64,000 bases of DNA from an uncultured delta proteobacterium (GCA_963845145.1 CAWJQU010000002.1:352001-416000), one strand, 5' to 3'; positions 42,506 through 52,697 are shown, counted from the stretch's first letter. Numbers and translations are program-made. Notes: generated by a model not told the origin, from the letters alone.

Positions 42506-42667
42506 TCAGGGCTCGCGAAAAAATGATTTCACATTTTATACGCCGATGCATCCCGTCTGGCGACGTTGTGAAAGCTCGGAATATCACGATATTCCAGCAC
42601 TTTCACGCCTTGCCAGGCGGGCGCCTCAACGCCTAAAATTGTGAACTTATTTTTGCGCGAACCCTTA
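42506..42667. mobile_element. About 160-bp palindromic MITE/REPIN-like element
   Basis: Imperfect terminal inverted repeats AGGGCTCGCGAAAAAATGATTTCACATTTTA / TAAAATTGTGAACTTATTTTTGCGCGAACCCT with nested internal inverted repeats. Confidence 0.7.
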
Positions 42668-42706
42668 ATTTGAATGAATTAAAAAAACTTACACGATTCG
42701 AACGCC

Positions 42707-43561
42707 ATGCCGGAACTACCAGAAGTTCAAACCGTTATCACCGACCTGATTGCCGGTGGCCTGATTGGATGCAAATTATCCCGTGTCGATATATATCATG
42801 CGGGCATCATTGCCAAACTGACCCCGGACCGGTTTCGGCGTAAGGTAACCGGAAAGACCATTACCGGTATCCGTCGTCGGGGAAAGTACATCATTTTTGA
42901 CCTGTCGGGACCGACCCATCTGCTCGTTCACCTGCGCATGACCGGTCATCTTTACCTGTCGGAAAAGACGTTGCGACGGACGGCCCATGATCATATCATT
43001 TTGACCTTAGACGACGGGCGCAAGCTCAGATACCATGACCCGCGCAAGTTCGGCCGTTTTTTCCTCGTGGATCATCCTGACAAAATCGTTGGAAAACTGG
43101 GTCCTGAACCGCTGGCCGATGATTTTACCGCCCGAAGGTTCACCCGATTGCTTTCCCCGCGCAAACGGATGCTGAAACCGATGCTACTCGACCAGACGTT
43201 TATCGCCGGCTTGGGGAATATTTATGCCGACGAGTCGCTTTGGAGAGCCCATCTCCATCCGTGCCGGAATTCGGCCACTCTGGCCGATTCCGATATTCGA
43301 CGACTTCACCGGGCCATACGATTCGTCTTACGGGCCGGCATTAAAAATAACGGCACCACTTTAGGTGGGGGCGAAACGGGCTTTAACTCAGTCATGGGAC
43401 GACGTGGAAAAAATCGCGACAATTTGAAGGTTTTTCGTCGCGTCAATTTACCCTGCCCCCGCTGCCGAACATCCATTCAACGCATCGTCGTGGGTCAACG
43501 CAGCACGTTTTTTTGTGAAAAATGTCAGCCTATTACAAGAGAGAAAACCCAATGCCGTTAG
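42707..43561 (+). CDS. mutM: Formamidopyrimidine-DNA glycosylase
   Basis: MPELPEV, RRGKY, HLRMTG, GLGNIYADE, C-terminal zinc finger. Confidence 0.96.
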   Translation: MPELPEVQTVITDLIAGGLIGCKLSRVDIYHAGIIAKLTPDRFRRKVTGKTITGIRRRGKYIIFDLSGPTHLLVHLRMTGHLYLSEKTLRRTAHDHIILTLDDGRKLRYHDPRKFGRFFLVDHPDKIVGKLGPEPLADDFTARRFTRLLSPRKRMLKPMLLDQTFIAGLGNIYADESLWRAHLHPCRNSATLADSDIRRLHRAIRFVLRAGIKNNGTTLGGGETGFNSVMGRRGKNRDNLKVFRRVNLPCPRCRTSIQRIVVGQRSTFFCEKCQPITREKTQCR

Positions 43562-44136
43562 CATTTAATTCCATCAGTCATGGTCAGGTTGTTTTCGGAT
43601 TTTTTAATATCGAATCCGATATGCTGCTCCTGGAAAACGACTTCTTTTTTTCGACAACCTTTTGTGCGTACATATCCCAGCTCGCTGAAGACAACGACCG
43701 TTCGGCCCCTGTGTCTTTTCCGGGCGTAACCATCAATCAACCCGATGACATCGGTGATCTGATGAGCGCCATTCACGGCATCCGCCATACGGGATTTATC
43801 GGCGAATTGTATCGCCATTTTCCCTTTCCCGAAAACCCAGCGGATTTCAAACAAAACCCGGAGGGAACAGCTTCCCATGATTTGGTTAAAACGCTGATCG
43901 CCGGTTATGGCCAAGACGCGCAAATACCTTTTCTTCAAGACCGTGGTGGTGCCGAAATAACGATAGGTGAATACCGCTTTGACCGAACCTCTTTTCATCA
44001 ATTGCTCGATTATGTCTGGAAAGGCGGGCTTCCTCAATGGAAAGACGAGAAACCCCCTCACTATGTGACGCGCATGAAGGCTTCTGTTTTAGAAAGCAGG
44101 AACCCAATATTCTTGGATATGGCCTTTACGGAATAG
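43552..44136 (+). CDS. Hypothetical protein
   Basis: Long ORF overlapping the mutM end; MPLAFNSISHG start. Confidence 0.7.
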   Translation: MPLAFNSISHGQVVFGFFNIESDMLLLENDFFFSTTFCAYISQLAEDNDRSAPVSFPGVTINQPDDIGDLMSAIHGIRHTGFIGELYRHFPFPENPADFKQNPEGTASHDLVKTLIAGYGQDAQIPFLQDRGGAEITIGEYRFDRTSFHQLLDYVWKGGLPQWKDEKPPHYVTRMKASVLESRNPIFLDMAFTE

Positions 44137-44262
44137 TCATTTTTGTTCTGAATAACGACCACAGTTTGATAGGCTAATATGCGGGTTGCCTCCCCTTACT
44201 TGACACCAAACCCGCCTCTACCGTAGAGTTAGACATGACTGCAAATGAATAGGAGGTAAAAA

Positions 44263-44964
44263 ATGACGATCCCCTACTGGAAAATGGTGGCGGAAAACAT
44301 CGCTAAAGGGCTGGGTCCGAAAACCATCGGCCGACTGGGTGCAGGCGGCCGCATACTATCACGCACAGGAGCGGTGGTGGGCGTCGGCTTCCTCGCTTAT
44401 GAATTGTTCAAGAGCTACAAAGACAATATCGAGAAAGAACCAGCCTTTCAGGAGATGACCATTCTCCAGGCGGAAATGGAAAAATGGGGCAACGCAATCT
44501 CCTCTCTCGGACGTGAACCGTATAGTGATGCTCCCTATGGCTCCATCGAAGAGGGGGGCGCCATCAATGCCTTGTCCAAAAAGAAACTACTTGGAAAAGA
44601 AGGCGAAAAACCCGCAGACCCCAAAGAAGCCGTGGCGTTGATCGAAAGAGCGGCCCAATACATTGATGCGACCCAGAACGCATTTGAAGACGAAGAATTT
44701 GACACCAAAAAAGCAGACTTAATCGACCGTTTGAATGGACTCAAACGCAAAATCAATCGCACCGATGCTTTAAAAAAGGATGCTTTCAAACCGGTTCAAA
44801 AATCACTCGCCGATATTGTTAATGAAATCAGACCGATTGAATCGGCCTATTCCACTCGCATTTATGATTGTAGCAGGGATATTCAAAAATCGCTGGGGTC
44901 CAACGCCGCCTGGGCGGCTATCTCGATGGCCACCTTGGGGCTCATTAAAAAGCCTAACGACTGA
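44263..44964 (+). CDS. Hypothetical helical protein with Gly-rich hydrophobic segment
   Basis: AGGAGG RBS; TTGACA at 44200 with TAGAGT 18 bp downstream. Confidence 0.75.
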   Translation: MTIPYWKMVAENIAKGLGPKTIGRLGAGGRILSRTGAVVGVGFLAYELFKSYKDNIEKEPAFQEMTILQAEMEKWGNAISSLGREPYSDAPYGSIEEGGAINALSKKKLLGKEGEKPADPKEAVALIERAAQYIDATQNAFEDEEFDTKKADLIDRLNGLKRKINRTDALKKDAFKPVQKSLADIVNEIRPIESAYSTRIYDCSRDIQKSLGSNAAWAAISMATLGLIKKPND

Positions 44965-44968
44965 TTAC

Positions 44969-46003
44969 ATGCAGAAAAATGACCTCTTGACCCACCGTGA
45001 ATTAAGCGCATGTGTGGAACTGGGTAAGGCGCTAACATCCGAGTTGGATGCCGGCCGATTGCTGGAAAGGATTTTGCAAAAAATCAAAGACCTCCTGCCG
45101 GCGATGAACTGGTCGCTATTGTTGATAGAAGAAAAAACGAACGCGCTACGCTTTGAGTTATGTATTGGCCTGGACATTGATCTGGTTAGAGACATTCGCA
45201 TTCCCCTTAACGAAGGCATCGCCGGCCGGGTGGCCAGCAGCCAGAAGCCTTTAATTGTACAAAATGTCCAAAAAAGTTCTTTTTTTTCCAACCGGGTGGA
45301 TCAGCTTTCGAATTACACTACCCGTTCAATTATTTGTGTGCCGTTGATCTTCGCGGGAAAATCATTGGGGGTCATTGAAGTGGTTAACCCCCGGCACGTA
45401 AAAGAAAATACGCTATCTTTGTTATCCATTATCGCAGACTACGCCGCCATAGCGGTCGAGAATATGCGCCGCTACCAAAAAATCCATAATCTCGCCATTC
45501 ACGATGACTTAACCGGCCTGTACAACCAGCGCTATCTGTACACTACGCTCAACCGGCTTATCTCCAATCATCAAGGTGATAATTACCCTGTCTCACTTAT
45601 TTTTTTGGACGTGGACAATTTTAAGCATGTGGTCGATACATATGGCCATCTTAAGGGGAGCCAAACACTGCAGGAACTGGCCCAAACAATCGCAGCGTCT
45701 CTGAAAGAACCGGCCTTTGGGGTCGCTTATGGCGGCGATGAATTTGTTGTTGTTTTGCCCGGTATGAAGAAAATCCATGCACTCCAGAAAGCAGATGATA
45801 TTCGTTCTGCCATTAGCCAATCGGTATACCTATCCACCTATGACCACGCGCTCAGCTTACATGCAAGTTTGGGTGTCGCCACATATCCGGATGATGCGAA
45901 TGATGTCGCCGGTCTGTTGGCTTTGGCCGATCATGCCATGTTCGATGTCAAAGCGGATGGAAAAAACGCCGTCAAAGCATTTACCGAACAAACCGAAGTG
46001 TAG
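44969..46003 (+). CDS. GAF-GGDEF diguanylate cyclase
   Basis: GIAGRVA..TRSIICVPL GAF domain; DDLTGLYN, DVDNFK, YGGDEF. Confidence 0.92.
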   Translation: MQKNDLLTHRELSACVELGKALTSELDAGRLLERILQKIKDLLPAMNWSLLLIEEKTNALRFELCIGLDIDLVRDIRIPLNEGIAGRVASSQKPLIVQNVQKSSFFSNRVDQLSNYTTRSIICVPLIFAGKSLGVIEVVNPRHVKENTLSLLSIIADYAAIAVENMRRYQKIHNLAIHDDLTGLYNQRYLYTTLNRLISNHQGDNYPVSLIFLDVDNFKHVVDTYGHLKGSQTLQELAQTIAASLKEPAFGVAYGGDEFVVVLPGMKKIHALQKADDIRSAISQSVYLSTYDHALSLHASLGVATYPDDANDVAGLLALADHAMFDVKADGKNAVKAFTEQTEV

Positions 46004-46042
46004 TATCGTACTTACAAATTCCAATATCCGAAAAAAACTGCG

Positions 46043-46558
46043 ATGATCGATAAATCAAACCTGATTCCTCTTGGCAACTTTGACGCCGACGGCACCTGTT
46101 TTGCCTGTGGACCGGAAAATTCAGCTGGCCTGCACATGCATTTTCACACCAACGGCGAAACGGTTTTTTCATGGTTGAAGGTGCCTCGGCACCTGTGCGG
46201 TTGGCAAAATATCCTGCATGGCGGCATCATATCGACAATTTTAGATGAAGTCATGAGTTGGACGGCACACCACCTGATAAAAAAACTGATACTAACCCGC
46301 TCCATATCCATCGAATTTTTGCGCCCCGTCTATGTTGAATCAGATTTACGCGCCGAAGGGGAAATTCATTGTCTCAAGTCCGAACGGGAGGCCATATTGA
46401 ATGCGCGTCTTTTTAATGCTTCCGAAAAAATCTGCGCCAAGGCGACCGGCTCTTTTGCCTTGTTAACGCCCAAGGTGGCCCGACGCCTGGGTGTATTCGA
46501 TGAAACAATCATTGAAAAATTTGAAAGGTTTTTTCAACCCTCTTCTGATCGTCTTTAA
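46043..46558 (+). CDS. PaaI family (hotdog) thioesterase
   Basis: CFACGPEN, HGGIISTILDE. Confidence 0.9.
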   Translation: MIDKSNLIPLGNFDADGTCFACGPENSAGLHMHFHTNGETVFSWLKVPRHLCGWQNILHGGIISTILDEVMSWTAHHLIKKLILTRSISIEFLRPVYVESDLRAEGEIHCLKSEREAILNARLFNASEKICAKATGSFALLTPKVARRLGVFDETIIEKFERFFQPSSDRL

Positions 46559-46630
46559 CGATCCATTTTAACGACCCATGAGCTTGCTGCCCAACCACAG
46601 GCAGGCAAATCGTCCATATTAGGAAAGCGC

Positions 46631-46936
46631 ATGCTGACAATACCGGTTGTTCCAATGAACCCGAAGAAAGAATACAAGGGCTCGCAATGTATCTCGCACG
46701 CCACGCTACCCCTTTTTTATATGTCTGATTTTTCAATTGTAGGTTTGCGGGTAAGTCCCTATGACAAAGCGGTCAAAGTACTTGGAAAACAAAAAAATCG
46801 CCTGGTCATAGACCACACCGGTGTAAAACTGGTAATCGATAACTTCGACGGATTAAAAGAGACGATTCGTGGGTTGCAAGCAGATTCCATCCGATGCGAC
46901 CTGTCTGATATTACCGTCGAAATCTACCAGGGGTGA
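46631..46936 (+). CDS. Hypothetical protein
   Basis: 101-aa ORF with AGGA RBS; ends IYQG. Confidence 0.6.
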   Translation: MLTIPVVPMNPKKEYKGSQCISHATLPLFYMSDFSIVGLRVSPYDKAVKVLGKQKNRLVIDHTGVKLVIDNFDGLKETIRGLQADSIRCDLSDITVEIYQG

Positions 46937-47260
46937 TAAGAAACGTTTCTCTCCCGGAGGGAGAAATGGAATGGCCCCCAGACACATCAGTCATCTTTGT
47001 TGCCAACCCGCTGATTATCAGTCCGGCAAACATGACACCGATCTTCACTACACTGCTGGCAGGCATGGCAATCGGGACATGGGTGCTTTTTGCACTGACC
47101 CGGTTTGGCATCGGGAACGTAAACCTTGCCCCTGAAGCCCGGGATTCGTTGCCAGCCCATCTGCTAACTCCTTCTTTTGTTCCCTTTTGATTTCATGCCC
47201 GAATTCATTCAATTCTTCAAAGTTCATGACGCTAATCATTGGCATCGAACGGGTTCATGT

Positions 47261-47821
47261 TCACGATAGACCGATACCATAGGCTTTTAACATCTTGTCC
47301 AATGTCTTTCGATTGCTCACCAGTTTGTCCAGCCAGGCATAGAACCTGTTCCCGTGATTCTTGATGCGGGTATGAACCAGTTCGTGCAAAATAACATAAT
47401 CCATCAACTTTTCTGGTAACCGCGTCAGTTTGATATTGAGATTGATATTGTTTTTCGTCGAACAACTTCCCCAACGGGTCTTCTGGTTACGAATATAAAC
47501 ACGATTATACGAAAAACCATGGGCCTGCGCGAGGTCATCGATGCGTTGACGCAGTACTTTTCCGGCCGTCTCCCGATCGATGTTTTCAAATAGGCCGGAT
47601 AAAGTGGCGTGCTCTTTTTCAATGTGGGCAATTTTTTCCAGTTGATTTTTTATCCATGGCCGGTTGTCAGCAGCGAAAGACAGGGCTTGCTTAAACGAAA
47701 CCCCGCACGGAACAGCCACACGCACACCCTTAAAAGGTCGGACGGTGATGTTGATTCTTTTGGCCCTGGGACTGCGTTCAAAATTAACCGGGCCGATGTT
47801 TTCAATCCGATATTGTGTCAT
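47261..47821 (-). CDS. YgjP/DUF45-type metallopeptidase-like protein
   Basis: QKTRWGSCS, DYVILHELVH, NHG..F. Confidence 0.9.
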   Translation of the reverse strand: MTQYRIENIGPVNFERSPRAKRINITVRPFKGVRVAVPCGVSFKQALSFAADNRPWIKNQLEKIAHIEKEHATLSGLFENIDRETAGKVLRQRIDDLAQAHGFSYNRVYIRNQKTRWGSCSTKNNINLNIKLTRLPEKLMDYVILHELVHTRIKNHGNRFYAWLDKLVSNRKTLDKMLKAYGIGLS

Positions 47822-47864
47822 GGTATCCGGCTTAAAGGGGGTACAGGTGATTACGCGATCGACT

Positions 47865-48674
47865 TCAGGCGAGAATAGCGGCCATCACATCATAATGGTT
47901 GAAGGGGGGCATGATACAAACGCCGGAAAAAAGGTCTTGAGCCACAGCCAGCATCTCCGCGGCGTGGCTTGCTCCTTCGCTCACAGTGTCGCCGGCCTTG
48001 GCCATCCGATTTCGGACCGCTTTGGGGACCGTGATCCCGGTCACCCGGTGATGCAGAAATTCGGCATGGCGAGCTGTTCGCAGGGGAAGTATCCCCATAA
48101 TCAAAGGAAGGTCCAGATGCCGTGTGACATCGGCCAGCATCTTCGCACCGTTCTCATCGTAAACCGGTTGGGTAACGACATATTGAGCACCGGCTGCCAC
48201 CTTTTGTTCCAGTCGCTTAACGGCTTCGAGAAAACCCGGTGACCCGGGATTGGGGTCCAGCACCACACCGGTGGTCAAACCAATTTTTCGGGCAGCGCCA
48301 ATAAGATCAAATACATTCATGTCGTAAACAGCGTGGGTGTGCTCCCGGTCTTTTAATGCGACGAAATCACCTGTGGCCGCAAGAATCGTATCAATGCCCA
48401 GGGCCTTGGCTCCGGAGAGCAAACTAAAAATTCCCAACCGGTTATGATCCCTGGGGGTACAATGCAATATAGCCGGTTTACCGAGCTGTTGTTGAATCAG
48501 CGCGCAAACCACCATGGCGCTCATGCTCGGTTTGGCCAGGGGATTGGTGGCTACACTGAACCCGTCAAACGGTAGCCCTGCCAGATTTTTCAGTTCGGTT
48601 AACAACGGATCGGCGTCCGCGGTCTCGGGCGGAACCACTTCAATCGTGATGCTAAATGAATCCTTCGTATACAT
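47865..48674 (-). CDS. metF: Methylenetetrahydrofolate reductase-like protein
   Basis: EVVPP, HCTPRDHN, TGD, KVAAGAQYVVTQPVYD, GILPL. Confidence 0.82.
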   Translation of the reverse strand: MYTKDSFSITIEVVPPETADADPLLTELKNLAGLPFDGFSVATNPLAKPSMSAMVVCALIQQQLGKPAILHCTPRDHNRLGIFSLLSGAKALGIDTILAATGDFVALKDREHTHAVYDMNVFDLIGAARKIGLTTGVVLDPNPGSPGFLEAVKRLEQKVAAGAQYVVTQPVYDENGAKMLADVTRHLDLPLIMGILPLRTARHAEFLHHRVTGITVPKAVRNRMAKAGDTVSEGASHAAEMLAVAQDLFSGVCIMPPFNHYDVMAAILA

Positions 48675-48677
48675 CGG

Positions 48678-49481
48678 CTACCTTTTCCCCTGGGCCCTTT
48701 CAATGATCTTGTCGTATTCGCTACTATAAACGGGCAGGTCTTTTTCAACAAAAATGCCGCGTTCGATCAATTCCGGATTTTCCTGTTTCGCTTTTGAGCC
48801 GATGGTCGTGGTGGCATCTTTCATGGCCGCCATCATATCGACGGCACTACCCAGCCTGTTTTTTCGACCAAAATAGGTGGGACACTGGCTTAGAATCTCC
48901 ACCACTGAAAAGCCTTCATGCAAAATGGCTTTTCGAATAAGGTCTTTGATCTGGCGAACATGGTAGGTCGTGGTACGGGCCACAAAGGTGGCTCCGGCCG
49001 CTTTGGCCATTTTCACCACATCAAAATCGTGATCGATGTTGGTATAGGGTGCCGTGGAGGCCATTATGCCGTATCCGGAAAGGGGCGAGTACTGTCCCCC
49101 GGTCATACCGTAAATACGATTATTCATCACGAGCGCGGTCATATCGATATTGCGCCGGGCGGCATGGATAAAATGATTGCCGCCGATGGAGAGGGCATCA
49201 CCGTCACCCATGGGTACAATCACGTTCAACGCCGGCAAGCTCAGCTTGACCCCTGTGGCAAAAGCCAGCGCCCGACCATGAAGGGTGTGAAGGGTGTGAA
49301 AATCCACATATCCCGATATCCGTGACGAACACCCGATCCCCGAGGCCATGACAATCTCGTTTTTGCTCAGTCCCAGAGACTCGATGGCTCTCAGCATGCC
49401 GTTCAGCACGGTGCCGTGCCCACATCCCGGGCACCACATATGGGGGAAAAACCGCTGCCGTATATAATCTTTTATGGCCAT
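48678..49481 (-). CDS. korB: 2-oxoacid:ferredoxin oxidoreductase beta subunit
   Basis: WCPGCG, GIGCS, GDGD, NNRIYGMTGGQ. Confidence 0.92.
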   Translation of the reverse strand: MAIKDYIRQRFFPHMWCPGCGHGTVLNGMLRAIESLGLSKNEIVMASGIGCSSRISGYVDFHTLHTLHGRALAFATGVKLSLPALNVIVPMGDGDALSIGGNHFIHAARRNIDMTALVMNNRIYGMTGGQYSPLSGYGIMASTAPYTNIDHDFDVVKMAKAAGATFVARTTTYHVRQIKDLIRKAILHEGFSVVEILSQCPTYFGRKNRLGSAVDMMAAMKDATTTIGSKAKQENPELIERGIFVEKDLPVYSSEYDKIIERAQGKR

Positions 49482-49483
49482 AA

Positions 49484-50632
49484 TTATACCCCTTTACCCT
49501 GAATCACCCGCAGGATTTTCTTGATATCTTGATCAGAAATAAACATACCGTCGATTCGATTGGCCAGAACAACACGGTCAGGTGAATCCACCGCAGTTTT
49601 AACCGAGCGAATCACTTGGCCCATATTCATCTCCACCACCACAATATGCCGGGCGTTCTTACATTTCTCTTTGACAATATTATAGGGAAACGGCCAGAGG
49701 GTTTGAAGCTCCAGCATGCCCAGACGGATACCCCGGGGCCGCAAGCTCTCCACCACATGAAGGGCCGACCGCGCCGCGGAGCCGTATGAGATAAGAATGG
49801 TCTCGGCATCGTCCAAATGAAATTCCTTATACCGCACGATGTCATCCACATTGTTCGCAATTTTATCTATCAAATGCCGAAGTAACCCGTGAACGATCTC
49901 GGGGTTGGAGGTGGGAAACCCCCACATATCATGATATAAACCGGTGACATTGTATCGGTGAACACTACCGAAATCGGACATGGGCAAACGACCATCTTCC
50001 CGGGGCAGATAGGGATGATAGTCGACGCCGCCCTTTACCGAAGTCCTCAGTCGCTCTACCACGGGTATTTCATCCGGCCCGGGCAACTCCAGACGCTCCC
50101 TCATATGACCAATGACCTCATCAAAGAGCAGAATCACCGGGGTTCGATAGGTTTCAGCCAGGTTGAACGCCTCAACCGTCATTTTAAACACATCCTGGTG
50201 GTTGGATGCCGTCATGGCGATGATGGCATGATCACCATGCGTGCCCCACCGCGCCTGCATCACATCGCCCTGGCCACCGGCAGTGGGCAACCCGGTAGAG
50301 GGCCCCCCGCGCATGACGTTCACAATGACACAGGGAATCTCGGCCATCACGGCATAGCCGATCCCCTCCTGCATCAAAGAAAAGCCCGGACCACTGGTGG
50401 CGGTCATGACCTTGCTACCGGTCAGGGATGCACCGATGATGGCACAGATGGATGAGATTTCATCCTCCATCTGAATAAACTTTGCCCCTTGTTGGGGCAG
50501 GCGTGAAGAGAGCGCTTCGGCGATTTCAGATGATGGTGTAATGGGGTAACCGGCAAAAAAGTTCAGCCCGGCATAGAGCGCCCCTTCCACACAAGCTTCA
50601 TTGCCCTGAAGGAATTTAATATTATTTTTCAT
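49484..50632 (-). CDS. korA: 2-oxoacid:ferredoxin oxidoreductase alpha subunit
   Basis: GYPITPSSE, QMEDE, TATSGPG, RGGPSTG. Confidence 0.92.
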   Translation of the reverse strand: MKNNIKFLQGNEACVEGALYAGLNFFAGYPITPSSEIAEALSSRLPQQGAKFIQMEDEISSICAIIGASLTGSKVMTATSGPGFSLMQEGIGYAVMAEIPCVIVNVMRGGPSTGLPTAGGQGDVMQARWGTHGDHAIIAMTASNHQDVFKMTVEAFNLAETYRTPVILLFDEVIGHMRERLELPGPDEIPVVERLRTSVKGGVDYHPYLPREDGRLPMSDFGSVHRYNVTGLYHDMWGFPTSNPEIVHGLLRHLIDKIANNVDDIVRYKEFHLDDAETILISYGSAARSALHVVESLRPRGIRLGMLELQTLWPFPYNIVKEKCKNARHIVVVEMNMGQVIRSVKTAVDSPDRVVLANRIDGMFISDQDIKKILRVIQGKGV

Positions 50633-50858
50633 TGGCGCCGTCCTCTTTGGTTTCGGTAGTCACTTCAATGGCAAGGTCCGGGCATCGCTCTTCGCACATC
50701 ATACAACAGATACAATCTTCAGGTCGGACAGCGGTCGATTTATCTTTTTTATCCAATTCCAAAACATCTTTAGGACAAAAATGGACGCAAATGCCGCACC
50801 CCTTGCACCACTCCCGGTTGATGTCGATCGCCTTCAATTTCGGTTTCGGTTTGGCCAT
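50622..50858 (-). CDS. korD: 2[4Fe-4S] ferredoxin-type delta subunit
   Basis: CKGCGICVHFCP, CICCMMCEERCP. Confidence 0.9.
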   Translation of the reverse strand: MAKPKPKLKAIDINREWCKGCGICVHFCPKDVLELDKKDKSTAVRPEDCICCMMCEERCPDLAIEVTTETKEDGANEK

Positions 50859-51123
50859 GTCTTATCACCTCGTCGGTTGAACAAACACCCAGTTTATTTT
50901 AACCCAGCCGTTTAAATCTATACATACCCTACTCGATCTAAACGGGCAAACGGCAATATCAAATCGCCTTTGTAAATACAAGCCGAATAAAAACAACCTA
51001 AAATAGACAATCAAAGGCGCAAGAAAAATCGCTCAAATACATAAGCATTTACACCCATGAAAAAAATATGGTACTAAAATGAATCCTTTAACCCATTAAC
51101 TACTAATATTACAAGGGATTCAT

Positions 51124-52479
51124 ATGGAGAATATCATTCAGCGTTTAAAAACCCAAACGCCAGGGGAAAAAGAATTTCACCAAGCTGTCGAAGAGGTCAT
51201 CGAAACCATTATCCCCGTTTTAGACAAAACCCCGGCCTACCGTCAAGCCGGCATTTTAGAACGCCTGGTGGTCCCTGATCGAATGATCATTTTTCGCGTT
51301 CCGTGGACGGATGATCACGGAAACGTTCAGGTCAATACCGGTTTTCGCATCGAAATGAACAACGCTATCGGTCCTTACAAGGGCGGGCTTCGTTTTCATC
51401 CTTCCGTAACACCGGGTATCCTCAAATTTCTGGCCTTTGAGCAGGTGTTTAAAAACGCACTTTCCACCTTGCCCCTTGGTGGAGGTGGCGGGGGGTCGGA
51501 TTTCGACCCGATGGGAAAATCGGATGGTGAGGTGATGCGCTTTTGCCAGAGCTTTATGGCCGAACTCTTTAGACATATTGGTCCTAATACCGATGTCCCG
51601 GGGCTGGACATCGGCGTCGGCGCACGGGAAATCGGGTACCTTTTCGGCATGTACCGTAAACTTAAAAATCAATTTACCGGGGCCATGACCGGTAAGGGCG
51701 TTGGTTGGGGGGGAAGCCTGATGCGTCCTGAGGCCACCGGATATGGCTGTGTCTATTTTACGGCCGAAATGATGTCTGCACGCTGGAACCAGACATTGGA
51801 AGGAAAAAAGTGTTTGGTCTCCGGAGCCGGGAATGTCGCCCGCCATACCATTGAAAAATTAATCGACCTGGGCGCCGTGGTTTTGACGGCATCGGATTCT
51901 TCCGGATACATATATGATGATGAAGGCATCGATAGAAATAAGCTCGCCTACTTGAATCAATTAAAAACCGTCCGCCGGGGCCGCATTGCCGAATATGCCG
52001 ATAAATATCCCCAGGCCGTATATACGCCGGCGGATACCACCGGGGACCATCACCCCATCTGGTCGCACCGAGCGGATTGCGCCTTCCCCTGTGCCACCGA
52101 AAATGAGGTGAACGCCAAAGATGCTTACAGTCTCGTAAACAATGGCGTCCGGGTCATTTGTGAAGGGGCCAGCATGCCCTGCACACATGAAGCAGTAGAT
52201 CTTTTTACCGCCCGTAAGAATGTTCTTTACGGTCCGGCCAAAGCGGCAAATGCCGGCGGAATGGCTGTTTCAGGGCTAGAGATGGCCCAGAATAGCATGC
52301 GCCTTTCCTGGACAAAAAAAGAAATAGACAAGCGTATGCGCATCATCATCAGACAAATTCACCAAACGTGTCTCGATACTGCCGAGCAATACGATTTTCC
52401 GGGGAATTACCTGGTGGGGGCCAATGTCACCGCATTCATAAAGGTCGTGGACGCCATGCTGGATCAGGGAATCGTATAG
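51124..52479 (+). CDS. gdhA: NADP-type glutamate dehydrogenase homolog with substituted catalytic lysine
   Basis: GPYKGGLRFHP, FEQVFKN, RPEATGYG, KAANAGG; LPLGGGGGGSDFDP in place of LPMGGGKGGSDFDP. Confidence 0.85.
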   Translation: MENIIQRLKTQTPGEKEFHQAVEEVIETIIPVLDKTPAYRQAGILERLVVPDRMIIFRVPWTDDHGNVQVNTGFRIEMNNAIGPYKGGLRFHPSVTPGILKFLAFEQVFKNALSTLPLGGGGGGSDFDPMGKSDGEVMRFCQSFMAELFRHIGPNTDVPGLDIGVGAREIGYLFGMYRKLKNQFTGAMTGKGVGWGGSLMRPEATGYGCVYFTAEMMSARWNQTLEGKKCLVSGAGNVARHTIEKLIDLGAVVLTASDSSGYIYDDEGIDRNKLAYLNQLKTVRRGRIAEYADKYPQAVYTPADTTGDHHPIWSHRADCAFPCATENEVNAKDAYSLVNNGVRVICEGASMPCTHEAVDLFTARKNVLYGPAKAANAGGMAVSGLEMAQNSMRLSWTKKEIDKRMRIIIRQIHQTCLDTAEQYDFPGNYLVGANVTAFIKVVDAMLDQGIV

Positions 52480-52625
52480 CCTTTAGCATCACAACCCCAT
52501 CCTTAAAAAAACAAGAAACAATAACTTTAACGTGAAATCCTTCCTTAAGGAGCACCACCATTGCGGCATCTCGTGCGGTCACGAAAAAATAAATGCGACA
52601 GCCCTGGGCAGGACGGTTACCCGCC

Positions 52626-52669
52626 TTGACAAAAAATCATCTTGAATGCTAATTTACTATTATAGTGAT
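52626..52669 (+). promoter_or_regulatory. Promoter and putative IclR operator 1
   Basis: TTGACA at 52626; ACTATTATAGT palindrome at 52656-52666. Confidence 0.6.
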
Positions 52670-52697
52670 CAAATTACTCTAATTAAAAGTTTTTTCT

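Noticed and set aside
46933..47190. 85-aa ORF downstream of the hypothetical gene
   Set aside because: No recognisable family; cannot be supported from sequence alone
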